In this document: piece after piece, positions 11,182 to 22,709 of the stretch
Numbering within the stretch: the first letter of the stretch is position 1
Layout of the letters: the number at the start of each line of letters is the position of its first letter
Source of the DNA: Desulfomonilia bacterium
Lineage (GTDB): Bacteria; Desulfobacterota; Desulfomonilia; UBA1062
NCBI GenBank assembly: GCA_963664325.2
Contig: CAXXDQ010000008.1
Span: forward strand, 32,001-96,000
Direction of reading: 5' to 3'
DNA length: 64,000 bases
Position numbers and translations under genes: made by a program
The notes under the pieces: model-generated
Databases searched by the model: none
What the model was told of the DNA's origin: nothing
The model's input: only the letters and a program-made list of their open reading frames with translations

Positions 11182-12990
11182 ATGAGACAGTATTTTGAGA
11201 AGATGGATGATTTGGGGGAAACCGTTGCGGCCGAAGCAAATTGAAGGCATGCGGGAAAACGCGGCCGAAATCGAGGCGATCATGGGTGAGATTGATGCCG
11301 AGGTCGAGCGAATCAAGAATTACGGCGTCACAACGGAAGAACTGCACAAGCGGGGAGAGATGACGGTATGGGAGCGGATCGAATATGTGGTTGATCCGGG
11401 CACGTTCTGCCCGCCTCCATACGATTTACGATCCGGACCATGAGGAGTCGGGACAAACGAACGTGGTGGATGGCTTGGCCCGGATCAACGGCAAGTGGTG
11501 CGTCATCATCGGATTCAACAACAAATGGATTGCCGGGGCCTGGATTGCGGGCCAGGCGGATAACAATCTCAGAGTGACGGACATGGCCAAAACTTTACAC
11601 TTGCCCCTCGTGTGGCTGGTAAACTGTTCCGGTGTGAAACTGCCTGAGCAGGAGAAAGTCTATGCCAACCGGAGAGGACAGGGGACATGCTTTTTCCGCC
11701 ATGCGGAACTGGAGCAGGACGGTTTGCCGGTCATTGCAGGGATTTACGGGACAAATCCTGCCGGCGGCGGCTACCAGGGCATCAGCCCGACGATTCTTCT
11801 GGCCCACAAAAAATGCAACATTGCCGTGGGCGGCGGGTGGTATTGTCAGTGGGATGACTCCGAAGGGTTCGTTTGACCTGGAGGGCGCGGAGGCCCTGAT
11901 CGAGGCGACCAGGCATTTTAAAGCGGTTCCGCCTGGGAGCGTGAATATCCACTATAATGCAACGGGCTTTTTCAAGGCCGTCTACGAGACGGAAACGGCT
12001 GTTCTGGATGCCATCAAGGAGTGGGTGACCTATTTGCCCGCCTATAATCCTAAATTTTTCCGGGTGGCGGAACCGGCGGAGCCGAAGTTTCCCCTTTCGG
12101 ATTTGTCTTCCATCATTCCGGTGAACAAGAAGAAGGTCTATTCCTTTGATGAGGTTCTGGCCAGACTGACGGATAATTCGGAACACATGGAGTTTCGTCC
12201 CGGTTATGGTCCCGAGATGTACTGCGGCCTGGTAAAGGTGGACGGCTTTTTGCTGGGTGTGATCGGGAACCGTCAGGGATTGATTCCCAACTATCCGGAA
12301 TACACCAACGAGTACCACGGCATTGGTGGGAAGCTCTACCGCCAGGGGCTCATTAAGATGAATGAGTTTGTAACGCTCTGCGCCCGTGACCGGGTTCCCA
12401 TCATCTGGTTCCAGGACACATCGGGCATCGACGTGGGCGACACTGCCGAGAAGGCGGAGCTTCTCGGTTTGGGACAGTCGCTGATTTATTCCATCGAGCA
12501 GACGGAATTGCCCATGATGCTGGTCGTGCTGCGGAAGGGCACTGCGGCGGCGCATTACGTTTTGGGAGGCCCCACGGCGAACAACAACAATGCCTTTACG
12601 TTGGGCACTGCGGCGACGGAGATCAACGTGATGCATGGCGAAACGGCTGCGGCGGCAAGTTATGCGCGGCGTTTGGTGAAGGAAAAGGATTCGGGGAAGT
12701 CCCTTGATCCGGTAATCGATAAGATGAATGTTTTGGTAAAGCATTACGAGGACACATCACGGCCGTTTTACTGTGCAAAGACCGGTTTTGTGGATGAGGT
12801 GGTGCGCTACGAGGCGATCCGGAAGTACATGATCGCTTTTGCGAACGGCGTCTACCAGAACCCGAAGTCCATCTGCCCGCAGCATCATATGATCCTGCCC
12901 AGAATGATCCGCTCACAGGTTGTAACGGGGTTTGCCCCGGCCCGTATAGGGGAAGTGAACGGACGTCTTTCGGGAAACAAATTGTCGTGA
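11182..12990 (+). CDS. gcdA: Glutaconyl-CoA decarboxylase alpha subunit (carboxyltransferase), frameshifted
   Basis: MRQYFEKM start, NCSGVKLPEQEKVYANRRG, GTNPAGGGY, GGKLYRQGLIKMNEF, QDTSGIDVG, YQNPKSICP. Confidence 0.85.
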
Positions 12991-13067
12991 AAAGATAATT
13001 TTTGGGTGAACCCGTGGCTCAAGCGGCCGCGGATTCACACTTAAAATAATAATAAGAGGTTTTTAAT

Positions 13068-14455
13068 ATGAAAAAGACTTATATTATTAGTATTTTATTC
13101 TTTCTAGCCGGGATCGTCTTCGGGACCGACCTGCTGGCACAGGCTGCGCCCATTGCAGCCAAAAACAGCCAGATGCTTGGCATTTTATCCTTGGTTGCGT
13201 TGGTCATTGCCGTTGTCATCAGTTGCTTTTCCGAACGTAATGTCGGTATTATGTGTATCGCTTTTGGGTTCATTATTGCCATGCTGCCGGGCAGTGCCCT
13301 GAAAGTGGGTGATTTGGCAAAGTTTTTCCCGCTAAAATTGTTTATGATCCTGGTGGGAGCGACCTTGCTTTTCAGTATGGCCACCATTAACGGGACCGTG
13401 GAAAAGCTGGCCAAATGGGGCGGTAAAAGGATCACGCGGCATTGTGGGAATGCTGCCGATTATTTTTTTCGTCTTGTCGGTTGTCCTTGCTTCCATCGGG
13501 GCCGGGGAATATCGCAACCGTCGTCGTGCTGGCGCCTATCGGTATGGCCCTCAGCGGCGCCACACGGATCAGCCCTTTCCTCATGACGCTTATGATCGTC
13601 AACGGAGCCAACGCAGGCGCTTTGTCGCCGCTGGCCCCGACCGGGATTATTGCCAACGGTTTGGTTGATAAAATTCATATGGAATACATCGGCGGGCAGA
13701 TTTACCTGAATTCGCTGCTGGGAAATGGTGTCGCCGCCGCCTTTGCCTTTTTTGCCTTCGGCGGCCTCAAGTTGTTTCGGAAGCAAGGTGGATCCTGAGA
13801 TGCGGTTTCGGGTCAAAGAAATTGTCGATCAACCCATCGAACCCTGGAACCGGAAGCAGCTGATCAGTGTAATCGCCATCGCCGCCTGGATTATCCTGGT
13901 TCTGTTCTTCAAGTGGGATGTAGGCTATACGGCCTTGATGTTCGCCGTTATCCTCTCGCTCCTTAACTGTGGCCGATGAACAGGAAGCGATGAAGAAGCA
14001 ACCTTGGTTTACCATGTTCATGCTCGTCGGCGTCATGGTCCTGGTAGAGGTTGCCGGATCGACAGGCGGCCTGGACTATGCAACCTCGGCCATTGCCTCT
14101 TTCTCCAGCACCATGACCATTTCCACCATCTTCGGGTTCATCAACGGTTTCGTCTCCATCTACAGCGGTTCGTCCGCCGTCGTCATGCCGACCTTTATTC
14201 CCCTGATACCGGGATTGGTGGCAAAGCTGGGTGTCGTCGGGGGCCGATGCAGTCAACATGGCCCGCAATCTGGTGTATACGAGCTGTGTTTCGGCGCACC
14301 TGGTTGATGCCAGTCCGCTTTCACTCCTGGGTGCCCTCTGTATCGCCGCGGCTCCGGAGTGGGAAGATCGGAACAAGCTGTTCCGAAAGCTCCTGATCTG
14401 GGGTATGGCCATGTCCGTATTCGCCGCCGTGATCAGTTTCATCTTCTGGAGATAA
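13068..14455 (+). CDS. Secondary carboxylate transporter (SLC13/CitMHS-like), frameshifted
   Basis: Multiple TM segments across three or more frames, ANAGALSPLAPTGII, VDASPLSLLGA; follows gcdA. Confidence 0.7.
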
Positions 14456-14563
14456 GAAGCAGCGACATCGGAAATGAGCGAAAACACTCGAGGAAGTTGG
14501 TCGTAATCCGAATCTGTTCATGGGGACCCCTCCTAAACTCCCCCCATCCCCCATGAACAACTC

Positions 14564-14595
14564 AAGGAAGGTGGCGGTTAATAGCCACCTTCCTT
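14564..14595. terminator. Hairpin between convergent genes
   Basis: AAGGAAGGTGGC...GCCACCTTCCTT. Confidence 0.6.
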
Positions 14596-14622
14596 AGATA
14601 GCTGTGTTGTTTTAATCCGGGA

Positions 14623-15945
14623 TTATGCCTGCGTATGCAGAATCGGCAGCCCCAGGTGCTTCCGTTTCGTTTCGCCGAATAATCGGGTTTGTTCCCGGAC
14701 CGTCGCCGCGCCCCTTTTACCGTTACCTATTGCCTCAATGGCATGCGACCCGCCCAGATGGAGGGTATGCTTGCCGTATTTCGCGTTGAGTTCATCGACG
14801 GCCTTGTAAATCTCATGAATTTTCACCACTCTCACGGGGTCCTCAAAAAGCGAGCATTGAATCTGCGTGTCCCGGCGACAGTTCCAGGAGAATAATCCCT
14901 GTTGCCCGATACAGATCACTGGCACGGTGGAGGCCGTCGAATTGATTTTTCAGGATGCCGGTCAATTCCAGGGGATAATTTGACGGACGATTCAGCTTGA
15001 CTTCGGAGGGCAGCGGTCTCGAAGCTCTGCGTCTTCAGGAAGGAGACGATCCTGCCGGCTGCCAATCGATACCGCCTGGCCTTTATGCAGGCCGATTCCA
15101 GATTTCTCAGGAGCTGGGCGAAGAGGTAATCCGGGTTGTTTGTCGGGGGGGCAAAGGTTTTCGTCTTGCTGATGGAGGCGTAAGAGCTCTTTGCTTCATC
15201 CGTGACGGGAAGCACCGATTCCCCGCGGAGCTCCTGCCATATTTCCACGCCCGGCTTGGTGAGACGCTTCCGGACAGCAGTTTCCGGCAAACGGGCAAAT
15301 TCCAGGGCCGTCCGGATGCCGAGCTTGTTGAGATAGTTGGTCGTGGCCGGACCGATGCCCCAGATCTTTCCGATGGGCACGTCTTGAAGATAGGCGGCAA
15401 TGGCGCGTCCGGGGATGATGGTCCTTCCCCGCGGCTTCCGATACTTCGAGGCCAATTTGGCCAGGACCTTGGACAGGCTGAGGCCGATGGATACACTGAT
15501 GGCCAGCTCTCGGCTGATTTCCCGCCTGGATGGCGGCGGCAATCTGCTCATAGGAGCCGTGGAGAACCCGCCGCATTCCCGTAATGTCTGCGAAAGCCTC
15601 ATCGACGGAGTACTCCTCCACCTGGGGGGGTAAAGCGGCGGATGATGCCGAACATTCGCCGGGAAAACAGGGAGTAAGTCTCGTAATCGGGAAGGCAGAA
15701 CGACCAGACCGGGGACATAACCGGCGGGCTTCACGGATCGACACGCCGCGCTTGATTCCCATGGCTTTGGCAGCATAGCTGGCGCAGGCGATGATGCCCC
15801 GCTCTGCACCTGTAACGATGGGCTTGCCGCGCAATTCCGGATGGATGGCCTCTTCGCAGGAAGCGAAGAAGGCATCGGCGTCGATATGCAGGATGGCCCG
15901 GGGCCAATCGTATAGGCTGAAGACCGTATCGTTCATGGACGCCAT
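14623..15945 (-). CDS. dinB: Y-family DNA polymerase IV (frameshifted)
   Basis: ILHIDADAFFASCE, ASYAAKAMGI, EYSVDEAF, LAKLASK..KP, IWGIG. Confidence 0.85.
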
Positions 15946-15947
15946 TT

Positions 15948-15967
15948 AATAGAACAAATGTTCTATT
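15948..15967. promoter_or_regulatory. Palindromic operator GAAC-N4-GTTC (candidate LexA box) within the dinB promoter
   Basis: AATAGAACAAATGTTCTATT between minus-strand TTGACA (15967-15972) and TTAAAT (15944-15949). Confidence 0.65.
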
Positions 15968-16049
15968 GTCAAGGAAAGAAAAAGCGCCCGATTCACGTTC
16001 CTCACCATATTTTGTGGTCGTGATTCCAGAGACATACAAGTCCGTTTTG

Positions 16050-17320
16050 TTACCCTCTTTTTGACAGCATGGCCGTCACCGCGATGGCGGCGGCAAAAGA
16101 CAGGAGAAAAACGATGAGCAGGCTCGGTAAGCGGCAAAGGAATACATTCCCGCTTGTGCAGCCGGGAATTGCTGCAACAGGAATCCCGTAAAAGGCTGGT
16201 AGAGGACGGTCCCGACAAAGGCGGCCATATTCATCAGACCGCTGGCGGTTCCCATCAGTTCCGGCGGGAAGAGATTCCTGGTGATGGTAAACATGATAGG
16301 GGCCGTTCCCCCCGCCGGCGACGCCGAAAACAAAAAAAGGGGCGGAAGGATATAGAGGAACGTCCGGCCCTGAAGAAAGAGCAAAACGAACCACCCGAAA
16401 AGACTGGCGACCAGAGCGCCAATCAGGACTTTGTTCCGGCCCAGGGTCAGCTTATTGGTGAAGAACCCCAGGCCGGGACCGCCCACGGCGAATCCGAGCG
16501 GCAGGAGCATCAACACCCATTCCGGCCTCGACCCGGTTAAGCTCGAAAACGTCCATGAGATAGGGGATGGCCCATAAGCTTTGAAATGTTATGATGGCGC
16601 CGCCGGAAAAAAAGGACGAAAAGGGCGAGCATCCAGAAATCGAAATTCCTCAGGATGAACCCCAGCCGGTTCCCCGCTCCTTTCTTTTCTTCAGATCGGC
16701 CCTGGTAGAGGCAATCCAAACGCGGGGAACGGCGGGCCACCCGAGATCTTCCGGCCGGTCCCGGAGAATGAGCCAACAGGCAATGCCCAGGACCAGGGAC
16801 AAGACGCCGATACTCACAAAAGCAGCCCGCCAACCGATCCACAAGACGAGATATGTCAGGGGAAGGGCCGCAGAAAGGGCGCCCAAGCCGCCGATGGTCA
16901 ATATCAACCCCGTCATGACGGCGAACTCATCGACGCGGTACCATTGTGAAAAACTTTTCAGGGCCGGGATAAAGATGCCTCCCGCACCGGCGCCAATCAA
17001 TATTCTTCCTGTAATCAGCAGGGTCGTATTGGCTGCCGTGCCGAAAATGACGGCCCCGATGGCGCTAACAATGAATGAGACCGTCATGACCAGCCTGGAG
17101 CCTACCGTATCGGACAGATAACCCACGACCGGCTGGGGCAACGGCATACAGATAAAAATATGAGGAAGCGATAATGCCGAGCAGAACGGCATCGGCGTTG
17201 AACGAGAGCGCCAGGTCCCGGGCGATGACGGTGGGTGACATACGCTGCAGTGTAGACCAGGAAATAGAGCGTCCCGATGAGTCCGAACATCATCCAGCGA
17301 TATTTTTTAAAATCATTCAT
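16050..17320 (-). CDS. MFS transporter (frameshifted)
   Basis: GYLSDTVGSR motif A, GRILIGAG, many TM helices. Confidence 0.75.
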
Positions 17321-17420
17321 GAAGGCATGCTTATAACATAACTTGCATTGGAAAAGATAATTATGTGGAAGAAACTTTTCTTGACAACCTCCATGGCGTA
17401 TGTTACTAGCCATAGAAATA

Positions 17421-17434
17421 AGACCGACCGGTCT
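17421..17434. promoter_or_regulatory. Candidate TetR operator
   Basis: AGACCGACCGGTCT near-palindrome downstream of TTGACA (17381), just upstream of tetR. Confidence 0.6.
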
Positions 17435-17457
17435 CCCTTTTGTTGGAAAGATTACCG

Positions 17458-18060
17458 ATGGTAAGCGCCGTATCTCTCAAAGAAAGAATCGTTTATGAAT
17501 CTTTGAAACTTTTTTCGTTAAAAGGATTTCTCAGCACTTCCACGCAAGATATTATGCGGGAAGCCAAAAACGTCGAAGGGGGGGCTGTACAACCACTTCA
17601 AAAGCAAGGACGATATCTTTGCCGCGGTCTTAAGCGAGGCGCGCAAAATCTGGCGTGACCGGAACCTGGCGGGTCTGGAGCAAATTCGGGAACCGGTAGC
17701 CAAAGTAAAGCAGCTTTTAAGAAAATTACCGGGACCGGTATCTGACAGACCGGGAAACTTTTCCCGGCGGCTGCATCTTCGTGACGCTGTCCGTCGAGTT
17801 GGCATGATCAAAACGCCTTCTTTTCAAAGGCCTTGAATGAAGGTTTCGTTAAGTTCAAGGCCATGATCAAACGGTTACTGGACGAGGGAAAGGAAACGGG
17901 GGACATCCGGGAAGATGTGAATACGGAAATCGTATCGGAGATGATCTTTGCCGGCATGCTGGGGGCATCCGTCATATACGGGACAGAAAAATCCGAGGCC
18001 GTGCTGGATCGCTGCATTGAAGCCTTCATTGACTATCTGGACAGCTTAAGGAAGGCTTGA
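17458..18060 (+). CDS. TetR/AcrR family regulator (frameshifted)
   Basis: LFSLKGFLSTSTQDIM...SKGGLYNHFKSKD across a frameshift. Confidence 0.8.
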
Positions 18061-18070
18061 TAGGGACCTT

Positions 18071-19360
18071 ATGGAGAAATTCGAAGTGATCGTTGTCGGG
18101 GCCGGCCTTGCCGGTTTGGCTGCCGCCTGGACCCTGGCCGGCAGCGGTGTGGAAGTGCTGGTGCTGGAACGGGGCGATTACCCGGGGGCCAAAAATGTGA
18201 CGGGCGGCCGTTTGTATATCAATCCTGTCCGTGACCTGTTTCCGGGCTTGTGGGGAGCAGGCGCCCGCTGGAGCGTTATATTGTTCATGAAGGACTCACG
18301 CTCATGGCGAAAGAACGGGCCATGGCCTTTGAATACTCGGGCAACGAGCTGCGGGAACCGCCGCATCAGAGCCATACGGTGCTGCGCGCCCGCTTTGACC
18401 GCTGGTTGGCCCGAACAGGTCGAGGGCCGTGGCGCCATGCTCCTGACCAAGGTCTGCGTCGATGACGTGATCAGGGACAAAGAAACGATTGTCGGCGTCG
18501 TCGCCGGAGGCGATGAACTGCATGCCGATTTGGTGATTGCCTGCGATGGCGTCCTGTCCCTGGTTTCGGAAAAAGCCGGCCTGCATGCGCCCGCTTTGCC
18601 GCACGGCTATGCGGTGGGCGTCAAGGAAGTCATCAGCTTGAAGGAGGAGCGGATCAATGACCGCTTTCACCTCGACGGAAACGAGGGGGCTGCCCGGCTC
18701 TACGCGGGCGCGATCACAGGGGGCTGCTTCGGCGGCGGATTCCTCTATACGAACCGGGACAGCATCAGCCTGGGTTTGGTTGTCGGTCTGGATGATCCGT
18801 TAAATAAAGACAAAACCATCGATATTCCGGCCCTTCTTGACGCCTTCAAGGCGCGGCCGGAGATTGCGCCCCTCATCAAAGGCGGAACATCGGCGGAATA
18901 TGCCGCTCACGTTATTGCGGAAGGCGGCTTGCAGGGGCTTAACCCTCTCTGCGGCAACGGCATCCTCGTCGCCGGCGATGCGGCCGGGTTCGCTTTGAAT
19001 CTGGGATTTACGGTTCGGGGCATGGAGTACGCCCTGGCCTCCGGCTATTATGCTGCCCAGGCTTTTCTGCAAGCAAAGAAGGAGGGGAATTTTTCCGCCG
19101 GCGCCCTGTCGGTTTATAAGCGTTTTCTCGACGAGAGTTTTGTCATGAAGGATTTCCGGAATTTTCAGGAAACGCCGGGTGTGGTGGCCAATCCGCGATT
19201 CTTTAACGATTACCCGGAACTGGCGGGAAGCCTGCTGCGGGATGTTTACGCCATTCCCGCCGGTTCCAAGGGAAAGCTCTATCCGACCATCCGCCGTCAT
19301 CTCGGGTGGGGAGACCTGTGGTCTCTTTTCAAAGACATGAGGGGGCTGACAAAAATATGA
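18071..19360 (+). CDS. fixC: FixC-type ETF:quinone oxidoreductase flavoprotein
   Basis: GAGLAG, GAKNVTGG, GGGFLYTNRDSISLG, GDAAG, RGMEYA. Confidence 0.85.
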   Translation: MEKFEVIVVGAGLAGLAAAWTLAGSGVEVLVLERGDYPGAKNVTGGRLYINPVRDLFPGLWGAGARWSVILFMKDSRSWRKNGPWPLNTRATSCGNRRIRAIRCCAPALTAGWPEQVEGRGAMLLTKVCVDDVIRDKETIVGVVAGGDELHADLVIACDGVLSLVSEKAGLHAPALPHGYAVGVKEVISLKEERINDRFHLDGNEGAARLYAGAITGGCFGGGFLYTNRDSISLGLVVGLDDPLNKDKTIDIPALLDAFKARPEIAPLIKGGTSAEYAAHVIAEGGLQGLNPLCGNGILVAGDAAGFALNLGFTVRGMEYALASGYYAAQAFLQAKKEGNFSAGALSVYKRFLDESFVMKDFRNFQETPGVVANPRFFNDYPELAGSLLRDVYAIPAGSKGKLYPTIRRHLGWGDLWSLFKDMRGLTKI

Positions 19361-19641
19361 GCACCGGAGCGGGATTAAAAGCGAAGCTTGGCCTGGATGT
19401 ATTCAAAACCGGGGGAAAAGCGCACATTGCCATTCAACCGGGAAAGGAACGGGACCCCCGTCTCCAAAAGATGATCGGCGTTTGTCCGGCCGGCCTTTAC
19501 AGTGCAGGTGAAGAAGGAGAAGTGATCCTCACCGTTGAGGGGTGCCTGGAATGCGGCACCTGCCGCCTGGTTTGCGGGCCCGCGGTTTTGGAATGGCATT
19601 ATCCGGAGGGAGGAACAGGGGTGCAGTATCGGTATGGCTGA
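19357..19641 (+). CDS. fixX: FixX-type ferredoxin
   Basis: CPAGLY...GCLECGTCRLVC...WHYPEGGTGVQYRYG. Confidence 0.85.
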   Translation: MSTGAGLKAKLGLDVFKTGGKAHIAIQPGKERDPRLQKMIGVCPAGLYSAGEEGEVILTVEGCLECGTCRLVCGPAVLEWHYPEGGTGVQYRYG

Positions 19642-19691
19642 CAGAAGGCAGAAGGTTGTTTTATTAATATTATTCAGAAGGAGAAAAAATT

Positions 19692-20832
19692 ATGGATTTT
19701 AAACTGACGGAAGAACAGGAACTGATCCGCAGAAACATGCGGGAATTTTGCGAAAAACATGTGGACCCCATTGCCGCGGAAATCGATGAGAACAGCAGAC
19801 ATCCCGCTGAACTATTCGAGCTTCTGGCCAGGGGGAGACTGGATGGGGATGCCTATTCCCGCAGAGTACGGCGGCGCCGGCACCGATTACCTGACACACA
19901 TCATTGCGGTTGAGGAACTGTCCCGTTCCTGCGCCTCCACGGGTTTTACCCTTTCAATCCATGTGGGCATTCCCGAAATGCTCCTGCTCCTCTTCGGTAA
20001 TGAGGAACAGAAGCAGAAATATTTGAAGCCCCTGGCCAAAGGGGAAAACCTGGGGGCATTTGTTCTGACGGAACCCGGCGCCGGCACTGATGTCATGGCG
20101 GCAACGACAACGGCTGTTCTCGACGGGAACGACTATGTCATCAACGGCACGAAAACGTTTACATCCAACGGTCCGACGGGCGGTACGTACATGGTTTTCG
20201 CCTGGACGGACAAGGCGGCGGGACGGAAGGGCATGAGTGCCTTCATCATCCCCAAAGGAACACCGGGTATGAAAGCGGGCGAACATTTCAAGAAAATGGG
20301 ACTCCGCTCCTCCCAGACGTCGGAAATGATTTTCCAGGATTGCCGCGTGCCCAAGGAAAACGTTCTGGGACAGGTGGGCGCCGGCATGGCCATGGCCATG
20401 GCAGGATTCGACCACGGCCGCATCGGTATTGCCGCCCAGTCGGTCGGCATTCTTCAGGCCGCCCTGGACGAATCCGTCCGTTATTCCAAGGAACGGGTCC
20501 AGTTCGGCAGCCCCATTTCCCGCAACCAGGCCATTTCCTGGATGATTGCCAATATGGCCACCGATCTGGCGGCCGCCAGATTCCTTACGTACCATGCCGC
20601 CTGGCTGAAAGACCAGAAGCAGCCCTTCAGCAAAGAGGCCTCCATGGCGAAACTGTTCGCTGCCGAGGCCGCTATGCAGCATACCATCAAAGCCGTGCAG
20701 ATTCAGGGCGGTTACGGCTACTGTAAAGGCGCCAAGGTGGAACGGCTGATGCGTGACGCCAAGATAACGGAAATTTACGAAGGTACGTCGGAGGCCCAGC
20801 GAATGGTCATCTCCGGGAATGTTTTACGGTAA
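19692..20832 (+). CDS. Acyl-CoA dehydrogenase (butyryl-CoA DH-like), one frameshift
   Basis: LTEPGAGTD, GRIGIAAQ, QIQGGYGY, RDAKITEIYEGTSE. Confidence 0.9.
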
Positions 20833-20907
20833 ATAAATCCTCCGTCCCCCTTTGCATTCCGATTGCCAAAGGGGGACGATTCAATAACGATAAAAGGAAC
20901 TTGATTT

Positions 20908-21676
20908 ATGCCCACTGTCATTGCCTGTTTCAAATGGGTCATCGATGAAGCCTATATCCGGCGCAATGCCGCAGGAGATTTGGATTTTTCATCGGTAGAT
21001 TATAAAATCAGCGATTACGATAAGAACGCCATTGAAGAAGCCGTTCGCCCTGAAGGAAATTCAGGGGGGCAGTGTTATCGGGATGACCGTCGGTGTTCCG
21101 GAAGCGACGAAAGGGATTAAAGATGCCCTTTCCCGCGGGATGGACCAGAGTTATTTCATTGCCGACCCCTCTTTCAAGGACCTGGAGCCTGCTCAGACGG
21201 CTTCCGTTCTGGCGGAAGTGATCCGGTCCCGGATAACGTCTTACGACCTTATTCTGTGCGGCGAAGGCTCCAGTGATCTGTATGCCCAGCAAATCGGACC
21301 GCGGCTTGCAGAGGCACTGGGCATTCCCTGCCTTTCCTTTGTCCAGAAATTAACCCTGGAAGGTGCTCAGATCAGGGCGGAACGCCGGGTCGAAGAGGGT
21401 ATCGAGGTTGTTGCGGTACCCCTGCCTGCCGTGGTCACCGTCCTGCCGGAAATCAACACCCCCCGTATTCCCGGCGTCAAGGACACCCTCATGGCTTCCA
21501 AAAAACCGGTTGTATCCATTAAGAAAGAGGAACTGGCCCCTGTGGTGGTTAGGCAGTTACAGAGCGTCGGTCTTACGGCAGCCCGTATGGATAGGGTCTG
21601 TGAGCGATTTGGTGCGGATGACGCGGAAATACAACGATTTATCGAGGCCTTAAGAAAGAAGGGCGTTAACATTTAA
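20908..21676 (+). CDS. etfB: Electron transfer flavoprotein beta subunit (FixA), frameshifted
   Basis: YDKNAIEEA, DLILCGEGSSD, INTPRIP. Confidence 0.85.
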
Positions 21677-21686
21677 AGGAGTGGTT

Positions 21687-22645
21687 ATGGCCGGAGTTTT
21701 AATCTTTGCGGAAAAGCGCGAATATGTCATGGGGCTTTTGAATATCGGCCGGCAGATGGCCGCGAAAACAGGCGGCGGCGTCTGTGTTATTCTGGCGTCC
21801 GATCGTGAACGGGCACAGGATTATCTGGACCGTGGCGCACAACAGGTCCCTGCTTCTCCCTGATCTTCCGGAAGATCAGGCTCTTGATGCTTTTGTCCCG
21901 GTTCTGGCCGACGAAGCCCGCCTGGCGGACCCCGATATTTTCCTGCTGGCCGCCACAGCCAGAGGCAAGGAATTGGCCGCCCGTCTTGCTGCCCGCTTGC
22001 AGACGGGATTATGCAGCCAGTGCATCGCCATGACTTTCAACGATGCGAACGGCGCTCCGGAAATGGAACGTCTGGCGTATGGCGGCGCTGCCGTTCAGCG
22101 CGTGACATGTTCGTCCCGGCCCGTTATGGCGACCATCCCTCCCGGAACCTATGGCGCCGCGGACGTGCTGGAGGAGGGAAGCAAGGGCGATGTGCGGGCA
22201 TTGGCCCCTCCGCCGCCATCCCCTGTCAAGGTCCTGGAACGGAAAGCCAAGACGCGCCGGACAGTGGATATCACCGAAGCAAAAGTCGTTGTTTCCGTAG
22301 GCCGTGGATTGGCGAAGCAGGAAGACCTGGCTTTGGTAAGGCAGCTTGCCGACGCCCTGGGCGGTGAAATCGGCGGAACACGGCCCATGACGGAAGAACT
22401 GCATTGGCTTCCGGAAGAGGTCTGCATCGGCCTGTCGGGTGTTCAAGTGAAACCGGAGCTGTTTCTGGCCTTGGGTGTTTCGGGACAGATCCAGCATGTG
22501 ACGGGCATTCGCGGCGCCAAGGTCATCAGCGCCGTGAACCGTGATGAAAATGCTCCCATTTTTCAGCGTTGCCGATTATGGCATTGTCGGTGATATTTAC
22601 GATGTATTGCCCAAACTCCTGGCAGGTTTGAAAAAACCCGCTTAG
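21687..22645 (+). CDS. etfA: Electron transfer flavoprotein alpha subunit (FixB), frameshifted
   Basis: VVSVGRG, IGLSG, GVSGQIQH, AVNRDENAPIF-ADYGIVGD. Confidence 0.85.
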
Positions 22646-22709
22646 AGATAATCATTCTGTTGCAGACAGCCCATCCCAATTTACCATTACCTATCGGAAA
22701 GGAGTAAGC

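Noticed and set aside
14515-14560. G/C-rich intergenic hairpins (also about 44100-44155 and 56810-56851) as a REP family
   Set aside because: They do not share clear sequence with each other; too little evidence beyond generic stem-loops.
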